Shown piece after piece: positions 1 through 14,037 of a DNA stretch of 64,000 nucleotides (the stretch's first letter is position 1; each line of letters begins with the position of its first letter). The notes beneath the pieces are model-generated. The model ran no database searches. It worked only from the letters and a program-made list of their open reading frames with translations, and was not told the DNA's origin. The translations under genes and the position numbers were made by a program. The DNA comes from Stegostoma tigrinum (lineage: Eukaryota): contig NC_081397.1 in the NCBI RefSeq assembly GCF_030684315.1, forward strand, positions 9,300,001 to 9,364,000. Reading direction: 5' to 3'.

Positions 1-130
1 ACACCTTCCTCCAGATCATTTACGTATATCACGAACAACAGTGGTCCCAGCACAGATCCCTGTGGAACACGACCGGTCACAGGTCTCCAATTTGAGAAAC
101 TCCCTTCTACTACTACTCTCTGCTTCAATG
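1..130 (-). mobile_element. CR1-clade LINE ORF2 (RT) fragment running off the window
   Basis: The reverse complement matches the [19 protein letters not shown] segment seen in the CR1 copies at ~35280 and ~54950. Confidence 0.8.
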
Positions 131-1717
131 ATATGTGATTGTCACTTTCTTCTCTATGGCTGTGAGTGTATTTTCTCATTTCTGCCAGTCAGATCCTGCC
201 CTGTAAAGTTTGAGTATGTTCCACAATATTCATTCTATGGTACAGTTTAAGTTTTATTCCAATATTGGTCAGTCTCTGGTTTGAATGTGTTGAGTTTAAT
301 GTGCACATTTTTGTTGCAAGTTCGCTGTACGAATCATTCTTAATTGAAAGTCAAAAAACTTGGTATCTGCTTGAATATATGTTGTTTTCTGTCTGTTTTC
401 AGGTCAATATTTAATTTCCTTCAGGTAGATTTAAAACTTTATATTCGGCAGTGGGTTCTGCTATCCTGTTTGTGGGACAAACAAAGTCAATGGCAATATA
501 GGTTTCAATCTGACACTTGTCCTGATGTGCAATTCCTCCAGTTTGTACAAAAGGAAAAAAAAACTTCAGTTACCTCTCTCAGTCTAAGACACGGTGAGAT
601 ATTTGGAGGTACATTGAATGTCTTGTTCAATCTACTACTTCATGGGAAGTAATTATGTCAAAAAATTCATACAATTTTTTTGATGATGTCGCAAACAATT
701 GATACTTAATTTATGACCATGGCCATTACCATGTAGTTAAATCCTACAGGGAGTGCATGGAGATTGGAGAACTGAGCTCACTTTTTGTTCTGTTTGTCTC
801 TTTCATAGAAGGCTAGCTCTCTGACCTGAAATCTGAGAGTAGAAATCATTTTTAGTGTTACATGTGCTGAGGCTTGAAGTGTACATGGTCTTCATGGCTA
901 TTAGATGTTGAGGAATGTGTGTTGGAACGGTGCATGTATGTATTTGGAATACATTGTAAATCACTCAGTAGGGGGTGTGTATGTGTGCGTGTGTGCGCAC
1001 TTGTGCAGTTTATGTTATGTGCTCTCAGTAACCATTTTATGTCACACATTTGGAAGTCACATTATTTCATTCTTCTCTCTATGCCTGGGACATCAATTTG
1101 TCAAAACATAGACACAGCCCTGATCAGTTACTGATAATGTGAATGTTTTCTTCCATATCTGTACTCACACTGTGCGAAGTAACTGTGTAACTGCATGAAC
1201 TATTTCTTCACCTTGACAGTAACTTGAAAAACATGCTTACTAAATGCAGATTTACTGCAGTTCCTCGGTGTCCGTCTCAGATGAAGATTCAGTCTGTGAC
1301 TTCACAAAAATGTCATAAATGTCAGGAGGCTATGAATGAAGAAAATTATAGCAACTGTGGAGGTGTGCATTGGAAAGAGAGAAAACAAACCACTTGTATT
1401 TTGTTGCTTGTATTTGACTGTTGGCTTGAATGCATTTTTCTGGAAATTAAGTTCAACGTGTCTCTGAATCAAACTGCTCTTTGCCTGTCGAAATGATGCA
1501 TTCTGACAGCGGTAACATACCTGCTGTTTGTGAGAAGCAGCTGCTCACACTTGGCTTTGCACCAAAGAAATGATACACTGTCTTGGTCCTTCATGTATTT
1601 GCCTGGATGAAAACAGAAGAGAAACATTCTGTAAATCAGCATCAGCCAAGTTTGACAATCTCAAACAGATTAACGTACATTCAGTTGATAATTATTAGGA
1701 TGTTTCTTTTCTTCAAC

Positions 1718-1805
1718 TTCACCTGACAATGTAGCAGAGCTCCAAAAGCTTGAGATTTTAAAATAAACCTATTGGACTATAACACAAATCATGAGACTTC
1801 TGCCT
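1718..1805 (+). repeat. Degenerate Penelope-type terminal repeat with a decayed hammerhead motif
   Basis: cacctgacaatgtagcagagctccaaaagct...aataaacctattggactataac resembles a CUGAnGA...GAAA core followed by AATAAA. The core is heavily mutated. Confidence 0.4.
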
Positions 1806-3199
1806 TTTCTTTGAAGCCATCAATTCAAACACAGGTCTAACTCAGCGAGGTCCAGAAACTGAACAATTGCACAGCTGCATCTAAAGGTGCTACCTGAGGA
1901 TGCTGTAATATTGACACAGTTTGTGTCACCAGATCCCAACACACTAACTGTTGTAAAGAAGAACAACAGACACTATTTCGAATGTTTTTGCTCGAGACAT
2001 ATAATCTGTTGACTCCAATCTGCGTCCTTTACAGGATTCTTATATTTCCACCATCTTGCCTGTGTTTCCACTATTCTTTGCACAATGACGATAAACAGTG
2101 TGAAACAGTAGCCAAACAAGCAGCATTTGGGGCAGGGCCACCAATGGCATGGACTGCTTTTCCCAATAATTCCCAACAACAAACATCAATGGGTCATTCC
2201 CTAATTCCCTTCTCTCCCACTGTGAAGAAAGCAACTGCGGCTGTGGGGAAAAGGGCAGATAATGCTTCAAGCTGAGGCATCGGCCCTTTGTGGAGCGATA
2301 ATAGAGCTCTTTCCCAGGTCATGTTAATAACTCCCTGTCTCCAGCTCTCTCAGAATTGAATGAGCAATGTTCGGGCTGCCCAAGTCTAAGAGACACCGAA
2401 TGGCTGGCAGCTAAGCTGTTCCTCTAGCCCTGCTGCATATGACTGACACGTGGTTAAACAGAACGAATGAAAAAAGCCTGCTCCAGCATTTAACAAAGAC
2501 ACAATGGTACTTTTGAGAAGAGGTTATTCCGAGGCAAAAGGGAGCATTGCACAAACAACAGCTGCAAGATTTGTTGGAGACAGTTTGAAGGTTTGCAACA
2601 AAGATTGAAGGGGACAGTAAGTTCTGCAATAAACAAACAGTTGAACTCATGGGATTATGGCTCATAAAAAAAATCTACAGAATCAAACAAGTTCATTAAA
2701 ATTGATAAGCAATTGATTTCAGTCCCTTTAATGAAAGGATGTTGTCCCATTAGATGAATATAGTTAGTTAGGACAAGGGGTGTCAATCATCCCAAAGACA
2801 GCTGGCCTAGCTCATCATGAAAACAGCAGATAACTCCATCTTGCAGCAATATTCACAATATTAAGAAATTGGTTCCAGTTAAAGATCCTTCAGATAGATT
2901 TCAATGTAATTCTAAATCTATATATATAAAATAAAATACAAATATCACTAAAAGCATCAGGGGAGAAGATTCAAACATGGGTATGAAAGTTAAATTCGTC
3001 TCCAGAAGGTTTCCTATGTCACTAAAGGAATGCCTGGTGCATCCTGTAAGAAGCAAATGGCTCACAATTCATTAGCTATAACAGAGCTAAGAGTATGGGT
3101 ATGCATAAAGCGTTACATATAACTCACTTTATAATACAATTAATATCATGAATCTTATAGCAACTTGTAAGAATAAACTCAGCAATAGTAAGCCCTGCC

Positions 3200-3350
3200 A
3201 ATGCTGCAGTTAGAGATAACACAATGTGGAGCTGGAGGAACACAGCAGGCCAGGCAGCATCAGAGGTGCAGGAAAGTTTAAGTTGTGGGTCAGGATTCTT
3301 CTTCAGAAGCATCAACTTTCTTGCTACTCTGATGCGGCCTGGCCTCCTAG
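3200..3350. repeat. Degenerate palindromic Penelope-derived mini-element
   Basis: An arm gagctggaggaacacagcaggccaggcagcatcagagg is followed by a partial inverted arm. Same family as 15678-15892. Confidence 0.65.
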
Positions 3351-4529
3351 TAGGAGTCAACTGTCTGTTTTATTATAATTCAGACAGTGGGAAAATAAGA
3401 GGAGTAACAGAATTTAATAGAGACACAAAATTAATACAATTGACAGCAGAATTCAAGCTAGCCTGATAGGTAAGCGATTCTGGGGCATGACTGAAGGTGT
3501 ACGGCCAGTAACTTTTTAAAGCGAATTGATAGATGTATGGAAAGATCCCATGGCCTGGTGATTACACTGTCTGATAATGTTTAACAGACATTGTGGTGAA
3601 CCTTGGCCTGGCTAATAGAGGGTCCAGCTTCAGTTAGGAGTTTCAAAGGATTGGTTGTATAGGATAAGGGGAAAGGCACAGTGATCCAGTTGCATTGGAT
3701 CACTGTAACAAAACGTATAATAGTGTATTCCACTGTGAGAATCAGAGTGTCATCAATCTCTCTTTCCAATCTGAGATAAAGATTAATGATGTAACTGCAT
3801 CTTCAAGAGGGGTGGCTGTGGCCCTCTCCCCGCATGATCCGGTGAATGGTTGACGAAATACTGCGATGGGCCTGAATTCTGCCTGCCCCGAGTCTTTGTC
3901 CTAGGTCTGGAGTTTCAGTCCTGCAGGGAATCAAAGAAGTGGATTGAAAATTTGGCCCATTCAATTTGCTCCACTGTACAAGGACAATATCTGATCCAAG
4001 TGAGCTGTTAACTATCGTATTCATTCACCTTGACCGTTATCCCATAAATATTAATTCAATGTTGAAAGAACATACAGAGAAATGAAAGAAATGGGACATT
4101 CTCACTGAAGCAACACGTAAGTATTGGATGGCACCCTGTGTCACAGTGGTATCTAGATGGAAGTGGTCGTGGGCTTGGAAGGCACTGTCTATGGAGCATT
4201 GGTGAATTCCAGCTGTGCATCTTCTGGAAGGTACACATTGCTGCTTGAGCATTGGTATTTGAGGGAATGGACGTTTGCGGATGTGGAGCCAATCAAGTGT
4301 TTCTCTCCTGGATGATATCTTGCTTCTGGTGTGTTTGTGGAGCTGCACTCATCCGTGTAAGTGGGGCTAAACCATCACATTCCTGACTTGATCACATTAG
4401 ATGTTGGACAGGATTTGTGGAAGCAGGAGACCAGACACTCACTGCAGGATACCCAGACTCTGAACTGTCCTTGCAGTATCTGTATTTATGTACAGAATCA
4501 GCTCGAGCATCACAGCGTCCATGAGTGAA

Positions 4530-5240
4530 ACAGAATGGAAACAGACCCTTTCATCCAACTGGTCTGCAATAGATTAACATCCCAATCTGACCTCGTCCCA
4601 TTTGCCTGCATTTTGCACATATCCCTCTCATGTCGACCTGTTCATCTACCCATCCAATGGTGTTTAAAACTTATCATTGTACCCTCCACTAGGCGTACTC
4701 TGTCAGCTTGTTCCAGACATGCCCCACACTCTGCACTAAAGAAATCTCCCTCAGGTCTCTTTTAACATTGACCCTCTCACTGTAAACCTATGCCCTTAAG
4801 GTTTGGGCTCCTCCACCCGAGAAAAAGAGACCATGGCTATTCACCCTATCCATGCTCCTCATGACTTTATAAACCTCTACAAGGTCACTCCTCAGTCTCT
4901 GATGCTGCAGGGTAGAAAGCCCGAACCTGTTCACCCTCTCCAAACAGTTCACACCATCTAGTCCAGCTAACATCTCTAAATATTTACTGCGCCCTCTCCA
5001 GTTCAACAACTTCCTTCCGACAGCAGGTTGGCCAGAACTTTAAGCAGTAAAAAAGCACATTTCCTGTACAGCCACAACATGACATCTCAACTCCTATTCT
5101 CAATACACTGACCAAAGAAGGAAAACACTTGCTTCACCACCTTATCTACTTGCGACTCCACTTTCAGTGAACTACGCACACAAACACCTTGGTGTCTTTG
5201 TTGGGGAACACTTCCCATGGCCCTCCCATTCACTGTCGAA
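4530..5240 (-). mobile_element. CR1 LINE 3' fragment
   Basis: The minus ORF 4788..5009 (LERVNRFGLSTL..RRLRSDLVEVYKVMR) is the CR1 ORF2 C-terminus. Confidence 0.8.
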
Positions 5241-6094
5241 CCCCTCTCCTGTTTTGAACAATGAGAATGTGTGTGTTATTATCATTCTCTTCTTGTCAGT
5301 TTCTGCAACATGAACAAGAGCAACTATTAACGTATGCCTTTCTGTTTCTGTTATGTCTATTTTTGAGTTGAGTAATTGTTGCAAACATACCAGTTTTTGC
5401 TGTGTGACTGAGAGAGTGAAGTTCTCAATCCAAAATAATCAATTTCTACTCTTGTGCATCAAAATAGTTTTATTCTCTGGCCACCAGTGATATTCTGTGA
5501 CTGTGCTTCAATCTGACAGAATAGTTATGAGGGTGTAGAGAGAGAGCCTTAATCCCATTTCCATTTGCGGTTTATGAGCTTTCTGTCAGTCTGAGGGGGT
5601 AAGGAGGTGGAGAGCAGATCATATTCCCAACAATCTGTGGAAACAGTTGAAGAGTACAAATGTTCTAGAGCAAGTACAATGGGCTGAACGGCCTGCTTCT
5701 GACATGTACTTGATCTGTATTTCTGAGGCATTTTCATGAATCCAAGTGTTGGATAGTGCGTCAGTGTAAAGATATCATGTAGAAATGGACAGACAAGCTT
5801 ATTTTTCTTTTAAAAAAGCTGGCCTTGTAAGTCAGTGTAGGTTGTTTCCAGTTTTACTGAGATACTTAGTTTCACTTTGTACTGGGATATTGAATTTTTT
5901 TTTCATTTATTTATTTGGAGAATTTTATTCTGTATCTGACAGACCATGCTGCATTCTCTACTTGTCAGGCTTTGGCAGAGAAAGTGCATTTGCAATTCAC
6001 ATTATTTAATTTCTGTGTCTTTGTATGGGACATTATTCATCAAAAGATAATTTTAGTCCTAAATAAAAACTCAAAAAACTTCAGGTGCTGCAAG

Positions 6095-6288
6095 TCAGAA
6101 ACAAACATGGAATTTGCAGGAAACGCAAAGCAGGTCTGGCAGCACGTGAAGAGAAATCATGGTTAACTTTTCAAACACTTCCTCAGTTCTGCGCAAAGGT
6201 CACTGGATCCGAAACATTAATTCTGATTTCTCTTCACGCATGCTGCCAGGCCTGCTGAGCTTTTCCAGAAAATTCTGTTTTTGTTTAC
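6095..6288. repeat. Older palindromic Penelope-derived element (second family) with a decayed hammerhead
   Basis: Inverted arms gcaggtctggcagca / tgctgccaggcctgc surround ggtcactggatccgaaacatt. Related copies lie at ~28860-29025, 31110-31220, 53720-53915, 57840-57950 and 59920-60075. Confidence 0.6.
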
Positions 6289-6402
6289 TATTTCTGTCCT
6301 CAGTCACTGATCAACATCAAAAGTTTCCTTCCATATTTGTACTCAATACCTACTCCATATAATGGTCATTGTAACAACTTGATCTGTTTGTATCAGACTT
6401 AA

Positions 6403-6593
6403 ATGGAACTGCAGATGCTGGAGAATCCGAGATAACAAGGTGTGGAGCTGGATGAAGACAGCAGGCCAAGCAGCATCTCAGGGGCAGGAAAGCTGACATT
6501 TTGGGCCTAAACTTTTCATCAGAAACATCAGCTTTCCTGCTCCTATGATGCTGCTTGGCCTGTTGTGTTCATCCAGCTCTAAACCTTGTGATC
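6403..6593. repeat. Palindromic Penelope-derived mini-element
   Basis: Starts ggaactgcagatgctggagaatccgagataac and has two inverted arms. Same family as 15678-15892. Confidence 0.75.
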
Positions 6594-7428
6594 AGGTTGT
6601 ATACCTGGATTATAACTATAAAAATACCCTCGCTTAATGTGAATTCAATGTAGTTATTGAGAGTATATTTGTGACATAAATTCAATCTATTCTCTTCAAA
6701 TGCTGTGAATGACAATGGGCTGTCAAAGATAAACTTGACTGGAACTGGGCTAGTTTATATTGAGAAGAGAAAAAAAGGTTACATTTGTATTTATTTGGTG
6801 GCATTTGATTGCTGGTTTGATTGTTGCTTTCTGGAAATTGCGTTCAATGCGAGTCTTACTTAAACCGCGACTGTGGAAAGGACAGTCTCCGCTCTGACAG
6901 TGGGAACATACCTGCTGTTAGTAGGAGCAGCTAGTCACACTTGGTGTTGCACCACGGAAACGTGACATTGTCTTGGCACATCAGATAATTGCCTGGAGAA
7001 AGGCAAAAGAGAATTCTCCCGTAAATCGACATCCACCGAGTTTCAAAATATCAAAGCTCATCAATAGAAAATTTCGTGAATACTCATGATAATTCCTTGT
7101 TTTAAAGCCAACGAGTCGAACAGAAAAGGGTCCGGTTACACAACTAACCCGGGTTCCTCCTCTTTCTTTTAGCGAAATTCTAAAACAATTTACTAAGATA
7201 CAAAAACTAACCAGATCCACGAATGGAATGCTTACACGGTTCAATATCCAGCTCCCAATACACGAACTATTGAAGGGAAGCACAACAGGCACGATTTCAA
7301 ATATTTTGCTGGAAACTCTTAATCCGGTGACTGCTATGTTTCTCCTTCGCGGGATGAGCCCGTTTGCACACACTGCTTTGTTTTATTCACGGTTCAATGC
7401 AAACTCGCAACTAACAGCGTGAAACAGC

Positions 7429-7628
7429 NNNNNNNNNNNNNNNNNNNNNNNNNNNNNNNNNNNNNNNNNNNNNNNNNNNNNNNNNNNNNNNNNNNNNNNN
7501 NNNNNNNNNNNNNNNNNNNNNNNNNNNNNNNNNNNNNNNNNNNNNNNNNNNNNNNNNNNNNNNNNNNNNNNNNNNNNNNNNNNNNNNNNNNNNNNNNNNN
7601 NNNNNNNNNNNNNNNNNNNNNNNNNNNN
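7429..7628. other. Assembly gap (200 N)
   Basis: Run of N. Confidence 1.
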
Positions 7629-7849
7629 TGCAACTAAAATCCCCGATCCCTCAAACCGTTCTGATGAAGCCACCCGCCCATCCTTCAGAATGTGTGGGTA
7701 GTCACTGGTTTGTACAGACCCAGAATGCACTCTGTTTGTTGCGATGATGTCATCACAAACTGACAATTGCACAGTGACATCACCCACTCCCTGGGGATTT
7801 CCTCAAATGTGGGATTTTTCTGACTCTGGCGTTTCTGATATCTTTACAG

Positions 7850-7898
7850 GTGCCGGCTCCAGCAGGAGATTTCCAAATTGCAGACGGTGAAACTGTTG
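7850..7898 (+). other. Putative short 5'UTR exon, possibly of the zinc-finger gene
   Basis: Acceptor ttctgatatctttacag| and donor |gtgagt. No transcript evidence. Confidence 0.35.
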
Positions 7899-8204
7899 AG
7901 TGAGTAACTTTGACCATTCTTTTACAATTTTGAGGTTTTCGGTGTGTGCCAGTTATCTGTGGAACGATGCATACCTCTGGGCTGGTGTAATTCCTTTACT
8001 GTGGATCTGAAGCCATGACCATCCATTACTGTGTGTCGCCTCTGTCCTCCCTGATCAGCTCTCTACCAATGTCTAACCTGCTCTGTTTAATGTTTGTGTT
8101 TGTTTGCTGAACGTCTGAAGTTTCTGTCATTGCCCATCATCCAAGTGTGCACTGCTGACTTACCAGCTCCATCTTCCCTTGGTACTTTTCACCGTCAGGA
8201 ATTG

Positions 8205-10090
8205 TAGAGTCATAGAATCATACAGTTTAGAAGAGGCACTTTGATCCATCAAGTCTGCACCAAAAAAAACCTAATTTACACTGTTCCCACTGTGCAGTAC
8301 TTGGCCCATTGTTTTATAAGTTGTGATGTTTCAAGTGCTCAGCTAAATACGTTTTTAAAGGTTGTGAAGTTTCCTGTTTCACTTACCCTCCCAGCTGTTG
8401 TATTCCAAATACCCACCACCTTCTGAATGAAAAAAACATAAACTTCATCAAATTCCATCAATCTTCTGTCTTTCCCCTTTTCAATGATGTCCTATTGACC
8501 CTTCAATTAAAGGGGAACAGATGCTTCCTATCCACCCTCTCTATGACCCTCATAACCTTACAGCAACAGGAGTAGGCCATCCGTCCCTGAAGCCTGTTCC
8601 ATTGTTCAATGCTGATCTGTCACCTAACACTGTAAAAGTACCTTTAGCCCATAGGATTGAGTTACAGTGAGTTATAGAGTAATACAGCAAAGAAACAGGC
8701 CCTTCGGTCCCCGTGTTGAAACTGACCACCAAACTTGAAACTACATTAATCCCATTTACCTGCACTTGGTCAATAGACTACTCTGTTCTGGCTTTTTAAG
8801 TGTTGATTCAGATGCTTTTAAATGTTGTGAGAGTACTCGCCTCCATCACCATCTCAGCCATGCGTTCCATATTTCTACCGCTCTCTGGGTGAATTCTTTT
8901 CTTTCCCTTAGATCTTGTCAAAACCACTTATTGTTCTCCTTAAACCTATGCCCACTGGTCTTAGACATGTCTGCGATGGGGAAAAGGTTGTCATGATCTG
9001 CATTGTCTCTAACTCTCAGAATTATGTACACCTGAAACCTCCCAAATGCATGACCACACAGCCCCCTCTGCCCAATTTACCAGTTGATCAATATCAGACT
9101 GTAGCTTGAGAGCATCCTCCTCACTATCACCAATGAGACTGCTTTTCCTGTCAGCTGCATGTCTGTCTGATAATGTGGTGACCAGGATTATATACAGTAC
9201 TCTAGCTGTGGTCTGACCAAAATTCTGTACAGCTTCAACATAACCTCCCTGCCCTTATACTCCGTGCCTCGACTGATGAAGTTAACGTCGATGTAGAACA
9301 ATAGAGATGTACAGCATGGAAACAGACACTTTGGTCACACTCGGTCATGCTGTCCAGATATTCTTAATTATTCAAGTCCCATTTGCCAGCATTTGGCCCA
9401 TATCCCTCTCAACTATACCTATTCATGTACCCATCCAGATGCCTTTTAATTGTTGTAATTGTACCAGCCTTCACCACTTATTCTAGCAGCTCATTCTGTG
9501 CACCTAGCACTCTCTGCATGAACATGTTGCTCCTCAGGTCCTTTGAAATCAATCCTTGATGGGATGCCTGGTAACTTGCCAAGCTGGACCCAAAATTGGC
9601 TCAGTGCTGGGAAACAGAGGGCGATGGTAGAAGGCAGTTTGTGTGACTGGAATGCAGTGTGCAGTGACATCCCACAGGGATCAGTGTGTTTTTGTGATAT
9701 TTGTACGTGAAGTAGATAAGACTTGAGAGAGATGATGACTAAGTTTGTGAATGACACTAAAATTAGTCAGGTGTTTGACAGTGAGGAGACAGGTGTTGGG
9801 TGACTGGAACATATGAACAGATTGGTCAGAAGGCAGAATAGTGGCAGTTGCAGTTTAACCCTGATAAATGGGAGGTGATGCACTTTGGCAGAAGGAACAA
9901 GACAAGGGTGTACTCAATGAATGGCAAAACGTTAGGAAGCTCAAACGAGCAAAAGGTTCACATGTGCTTGTCTGCATATTCCTGAGGGTGGCAGGACAGG
10001 TCAATTCATGCAGTTAAGAACATATAAGGGATGCTTCCCTTTATTGATCATTGCATAGATTCCAAGAGCAGGGTGTTATGAAGCAGGGGT
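8205..10090. mobile_element. Nest of degenerate CR1 LINE fragments in both orientations
   Basis: Several CR1 3'-end pieces on the minus strand (8205-9545) and a plus-strand RT-region piece (9550-10090, ...cccacagggatcagtg..., ...aagtttgtgaatgacac...). Confidence 0.7.
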
Positions 10091-11864
10091 AGGTCGAACG
10101 TTTGGATAATTAACCCAAAACTCAAGCCCCAATCTGTTGTTATGGGAGTAGAGGTTCCTTTCTAATGGTGACCTTAACACACAGGGAAGCTTGCTGTTAG
10201 AAGAATGGTTTAAAAAAAAATCCCTGATCCCCACTGTATAAGTCACAAGTAAAAGTAACAATTTATTTATTTAGCCCTAACAATGACGAAATGAACAGAA
10301 TTACTGACAAACAGAAAAACCTTTGCCCCCACCATCCCCACCCCAACCCAACCCAACCCACCCCACCCCAACCGACCAGGCACAATCTATTCCCTAACTG
10401 AACTGAATTCTCCTGGCATGCTGTCCAAATAAACACAAGTCCCACGTATTATAAGCCCAATTAATAAGAATAATAAATTAAAACATAATCTCTCCCAGTT
10501 CACATAGAATGTGTCTCTGAAACGCTCTTCCTTCTGTTTGTCTCATGCCATAAACACTCCTATTCCACTGATTCTGCTGTCAGGGATGTTTTCTCAGTGA
10601 AGACTCTTGCTGGAAGTGCCGTCGTGAGACCTATAGTGGATAGGATGGTGCTTTCACACAGAACTTAGTGATTTCTTGTGTGAGCTGGGTGCATATGAGC
10701 TCAAATGGCAGTTAGCTCTCACACCTTTCAGATGGCCATTGGCTCTCTGCCGAATTTCCAGTTGTCCTCTTCCAATTGTCCCTTGATGACCCGTCCATTT
10801 TCTTACAATTGCATTGGCTGCTCGGGTTCTGAATTTGCTGCTCCCAGCTCATAGCCAAAACATCATAACAAGCCTAAGAATTCCAATTATGCAGCCAATC
10901 AGTACATGCTTCCATTTTTGGTACTGCCTGAAATCTGCAACTATTTAGAGACCCATCTTCTGTATAAATCTCCAATCTTAGAAAAGCACTCTATCTTTCT
11001 TGTAACTTGCACTCTGTTAACATTAACCGATTCTCTATCCTCAGATACTGCCCGACCTGTTGTGATTTTTCAGCATTTTCTGTTTATTTCAGACTTGCAG
11101 CAGCAGCGACAGTATTTTGCTGCTCTTTTGATGATAAGTCCATAAGACAGAGGAGCAGAACCAGAGTCTGCAGAGTCAGTCATGGCTGATACATTTCTCA
11201 ACCCCATCTAGGCCTTCCTCCCAGAACCAAGTCAAGAAACACACACGGATGAATTAAAAGGCCATTTCTAACAGGGTGGGTGGTGGTCATATTGTGGCCT
11301 ATTGGTTCCTATTAATTGAGTCACACAAAGTCACTGATTACCATGGAGAAGGAGGCTGCTCTATCCATTGTGCCTGTGCTGGCCTTTCCCCAAAAGCAAA
11401 TCAGCGATTCCTGTTATTTGCCTTTTTCTTTCCTCTTCAGGGGCTTATTCCAGTTAGCTTTTGTAAGTCTTTGCTGTATCGGATTGAGCTGGAGTGGTGA
11501 TGGAGGAGAAGTGGCTGAGTTTACCCTGAGTCCTTTCAAAGCCAGCTGGGCCCTACACTTTCCAGCGTGAGGTTGTCAAAGGGAGCTGGACTCTATGGAA
11601 GATCGGGTGGCTTAAAAAAAAACACTCCAGATGGTGTATAACAAAAGAAGTGGCTTGGCGAACAAATATTCTGCAGTTGTTGTAGAAACATCGGTGTTAA
11701 CTTTCCAAAATGCATTAGATTCTGGAAAGTTTCTGTCTCACTGCAAAATAGCAGATAAAACCTCTGTATTGAAGAGGCGAGGAAGGCAGACAACAGGAAA
11801 CTACAGGCCAGTTAGGGTGACCTGTCATGGAGGGAATGAGAATCAATTATTTGGTGGTATATCA

Positions 11865-12165
11865 CCAGAATATTAATCTGGGGACCTGGGTTCAGATCCT
11901 GCCATGGCAGGTGGTAGAACTTGAATAAAACTCTGGCTTTAAGTTGAACGATGGTCAAGAATCCATTGTTGATTTTTAGGAACAAAACATCTGGTTCACT
12001 CAGGTCCACTGGGGAAGAAAGCTGCCATCCTGAATGGGTCTGGTTTACGTGTCCAGACCCACAGCAATGTTGACTGTTAACTGCCTTCTGGGCAGTTTAT
12101 GGATGACAGTGAATGCTGGCCTAGCCAGTGCCGCCCAACACCTCAGCATGAATTTGAAACAAAAA
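11865..12165 (+). mobile_element. Deu-SINE-like (SacSINE1-type) SINE
   Basis: B-box-like gggttcagatcc and core ccagacccacagcaatg..gactgttaactgcc, tail atgctggcctagccag. Related copies at 30745-31100 (-) and 57950-58310 (+). Confidence 0.6.
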
Positions 12166-12189
12166 CCTGAAGAAATAAAAGTGAACAAA

Positions 12190-13110
12190 AGGATTTAAAT
12201 GCATTTAGAAAGGTAAGGACTGATTAGGGAGAGTCAGCATGGCTTTGTGCATGAGTAATCGTGTCTCAGTCTGTCGGTTGTGTTTTTTTTTTGAAAATGT
12301 GGCAAAGAAGATTGAAGGCCGGGCGGTAGACATTGTGTATATGGACTTCAGCAAAACACTTGACAAGGTTCTGCATGGTAGACTGGTTAGCAAGGTTAGA
12401 TCATATGGAATACAGGAAGCACTAGCCAGTTGGAATCAAATATGGATTCAGGGTAGGAAACAGAGGGGTGTGGTGGAGGGTTGTCTTTTGAACTGGAGGC
12501 CTGTGACCAGGTGGTGTGCCATAAGAATCAGTTCTGGGTCCACTGCTTTTTGTAATTATCCAAATGATTTGCATGTGACGGTATAGTTCATAGGTTTGCA
12601 GATGACACCAACATTGGTGGTGTATGGACAGTGAGGAAGGTGATCTTCACTGAGTAGTTTGGGATTTTGATCAGTGGGCTGAGGAGTGGCAGATGGAGTT
12701 CAGACAAATGAGAGGTGTTGCATTTCAACAATGAAAATCAGGGCAGGATTTAGACAGTTAATGGGAGGGCCCATGGGAGTGTAGCCGGACAAGGGGATTA
12801 GGGGTGCAGGTGCAAAGTCCCTTGAAAGCGGAGTTGCAGGTGGACAGGGTGGTGAAGAAGGCATTTGGTACGCTCGCCTTCATTTGTCACTGCATTGAGT
12901 TATTGGAGTTGGGATGTCATATTGCGACTGTACAGGACATAGTTAGAATACTGTATTCTGTTCAGGTCTCCCTGCTATGGGAAAGAAGTTGTGAATCCTG
13001 AAAGTGTTCAGAGATGATTCACAGGGGTATTGCCGGTATTGGAGGGTTTGGGCTGTGGGTTGGGGCTGGAAAGGATGGGGCTTTTCTTCCCTGGAGCAGT
13101 GGAGGTTGAG
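12190..13110 (+). mobile_element. CR1 LINE RT-region fragment
   Basis: ORF 12239..12586 contains VDIVYMDFSKTLDKVLH; ORF 12804 contains QVDRVVKKAFGTLAFI. Confidence 0.85.
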
Positions 13111-14037
13111 TTGTGAGGCTTGCCGCATCAACGGCCGTCCCAGGCAGTGCATTCCAGACTTGCACCACCCTTTAGGTGAAAAATGTTTTCCTCCATTCCC
13201 CTGTAAAATTCTTGCCTTTCACTGCAAAATGATGCCCAGTGTTATTCACCCTTCAACTAAGGGAACAATTACTTCTTTGTGTTTCTGCAATTTAGTGGAA
13301 TTCTTTGAGGAGTGACATGTGCTGTGGATAAAGGGAGCCTGATGATCTCTTGTTCTTGGCTTTCCTGAAGGCATTTCACAAGGTACCATGGAAAAGGTGA
13401 CTGTTTTGAGTGGGAGCTACTAGTTTAGTGGTACATACCGGCCTGGATACTGGATTGGCTGGATGATAGAAAACCGAGAATATCCATAAATGGGTGTGTT
13501 TCAGATTGTCAGAATGTGATGAGTGGGGAGCCACAGGGCTCTGCTGAACCTAAACCTTTTGCAGTTTATATCAGTGACTTGGACGAGGGAAATGAAGTCA
13601 TGGTAGGTACACTTTGTGTTGCTACAAAGCTATCAGGAAAGGTGGCTGTGAAGACTTAATTTCCCGACATCAGTTTGCAGCCTTTTTGAATGAATATTTC
13701 AGGTGATCTATGATATAACAAAATGTGAAATTGTTTGCTTGAGGGGAAAAATGAGAAAAGAAGACAGGTGCAGAATCTTTTGGGGTTTAGATATCAAGGG
13801 GATCTGGTGTGAAATACACAAAAGATTGGGATATAATTAACAAGTGAAGATGAAGGCTCATGGAATGTTCTTGTTTATCACAAGTGAAATCGAATAGAAA
13901 AGTAAGGATTTGAAAATTCAGTTGTACAGGGAATAAGTGAAACTTCACCTCCATGACTATGTGCCGTTTTGGTCTCATTATTGAAGGAAGGATGTAAATG
14001 CGGTGGAGATTCAGTAGACTGATACCTGAATGAGTGG

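Larger units (their letters stand above)
3590..6480 (+). repeat. Segmental duplication, copy 1 (direct paralog of 51270-54140)
   Basis: Collinear similarity throughout, e.g. ORF-track pairs 4037..4348 vs 51711..52022 and 4535..4765 vs 52209..52466. Confidence 0.9.

Noticed and set aside
10325-10375. C-rich (CCCA/CCAAC) tract, a possible G-quadruplex
   Set aside because: Short low-complexity repeat with no supporting context.
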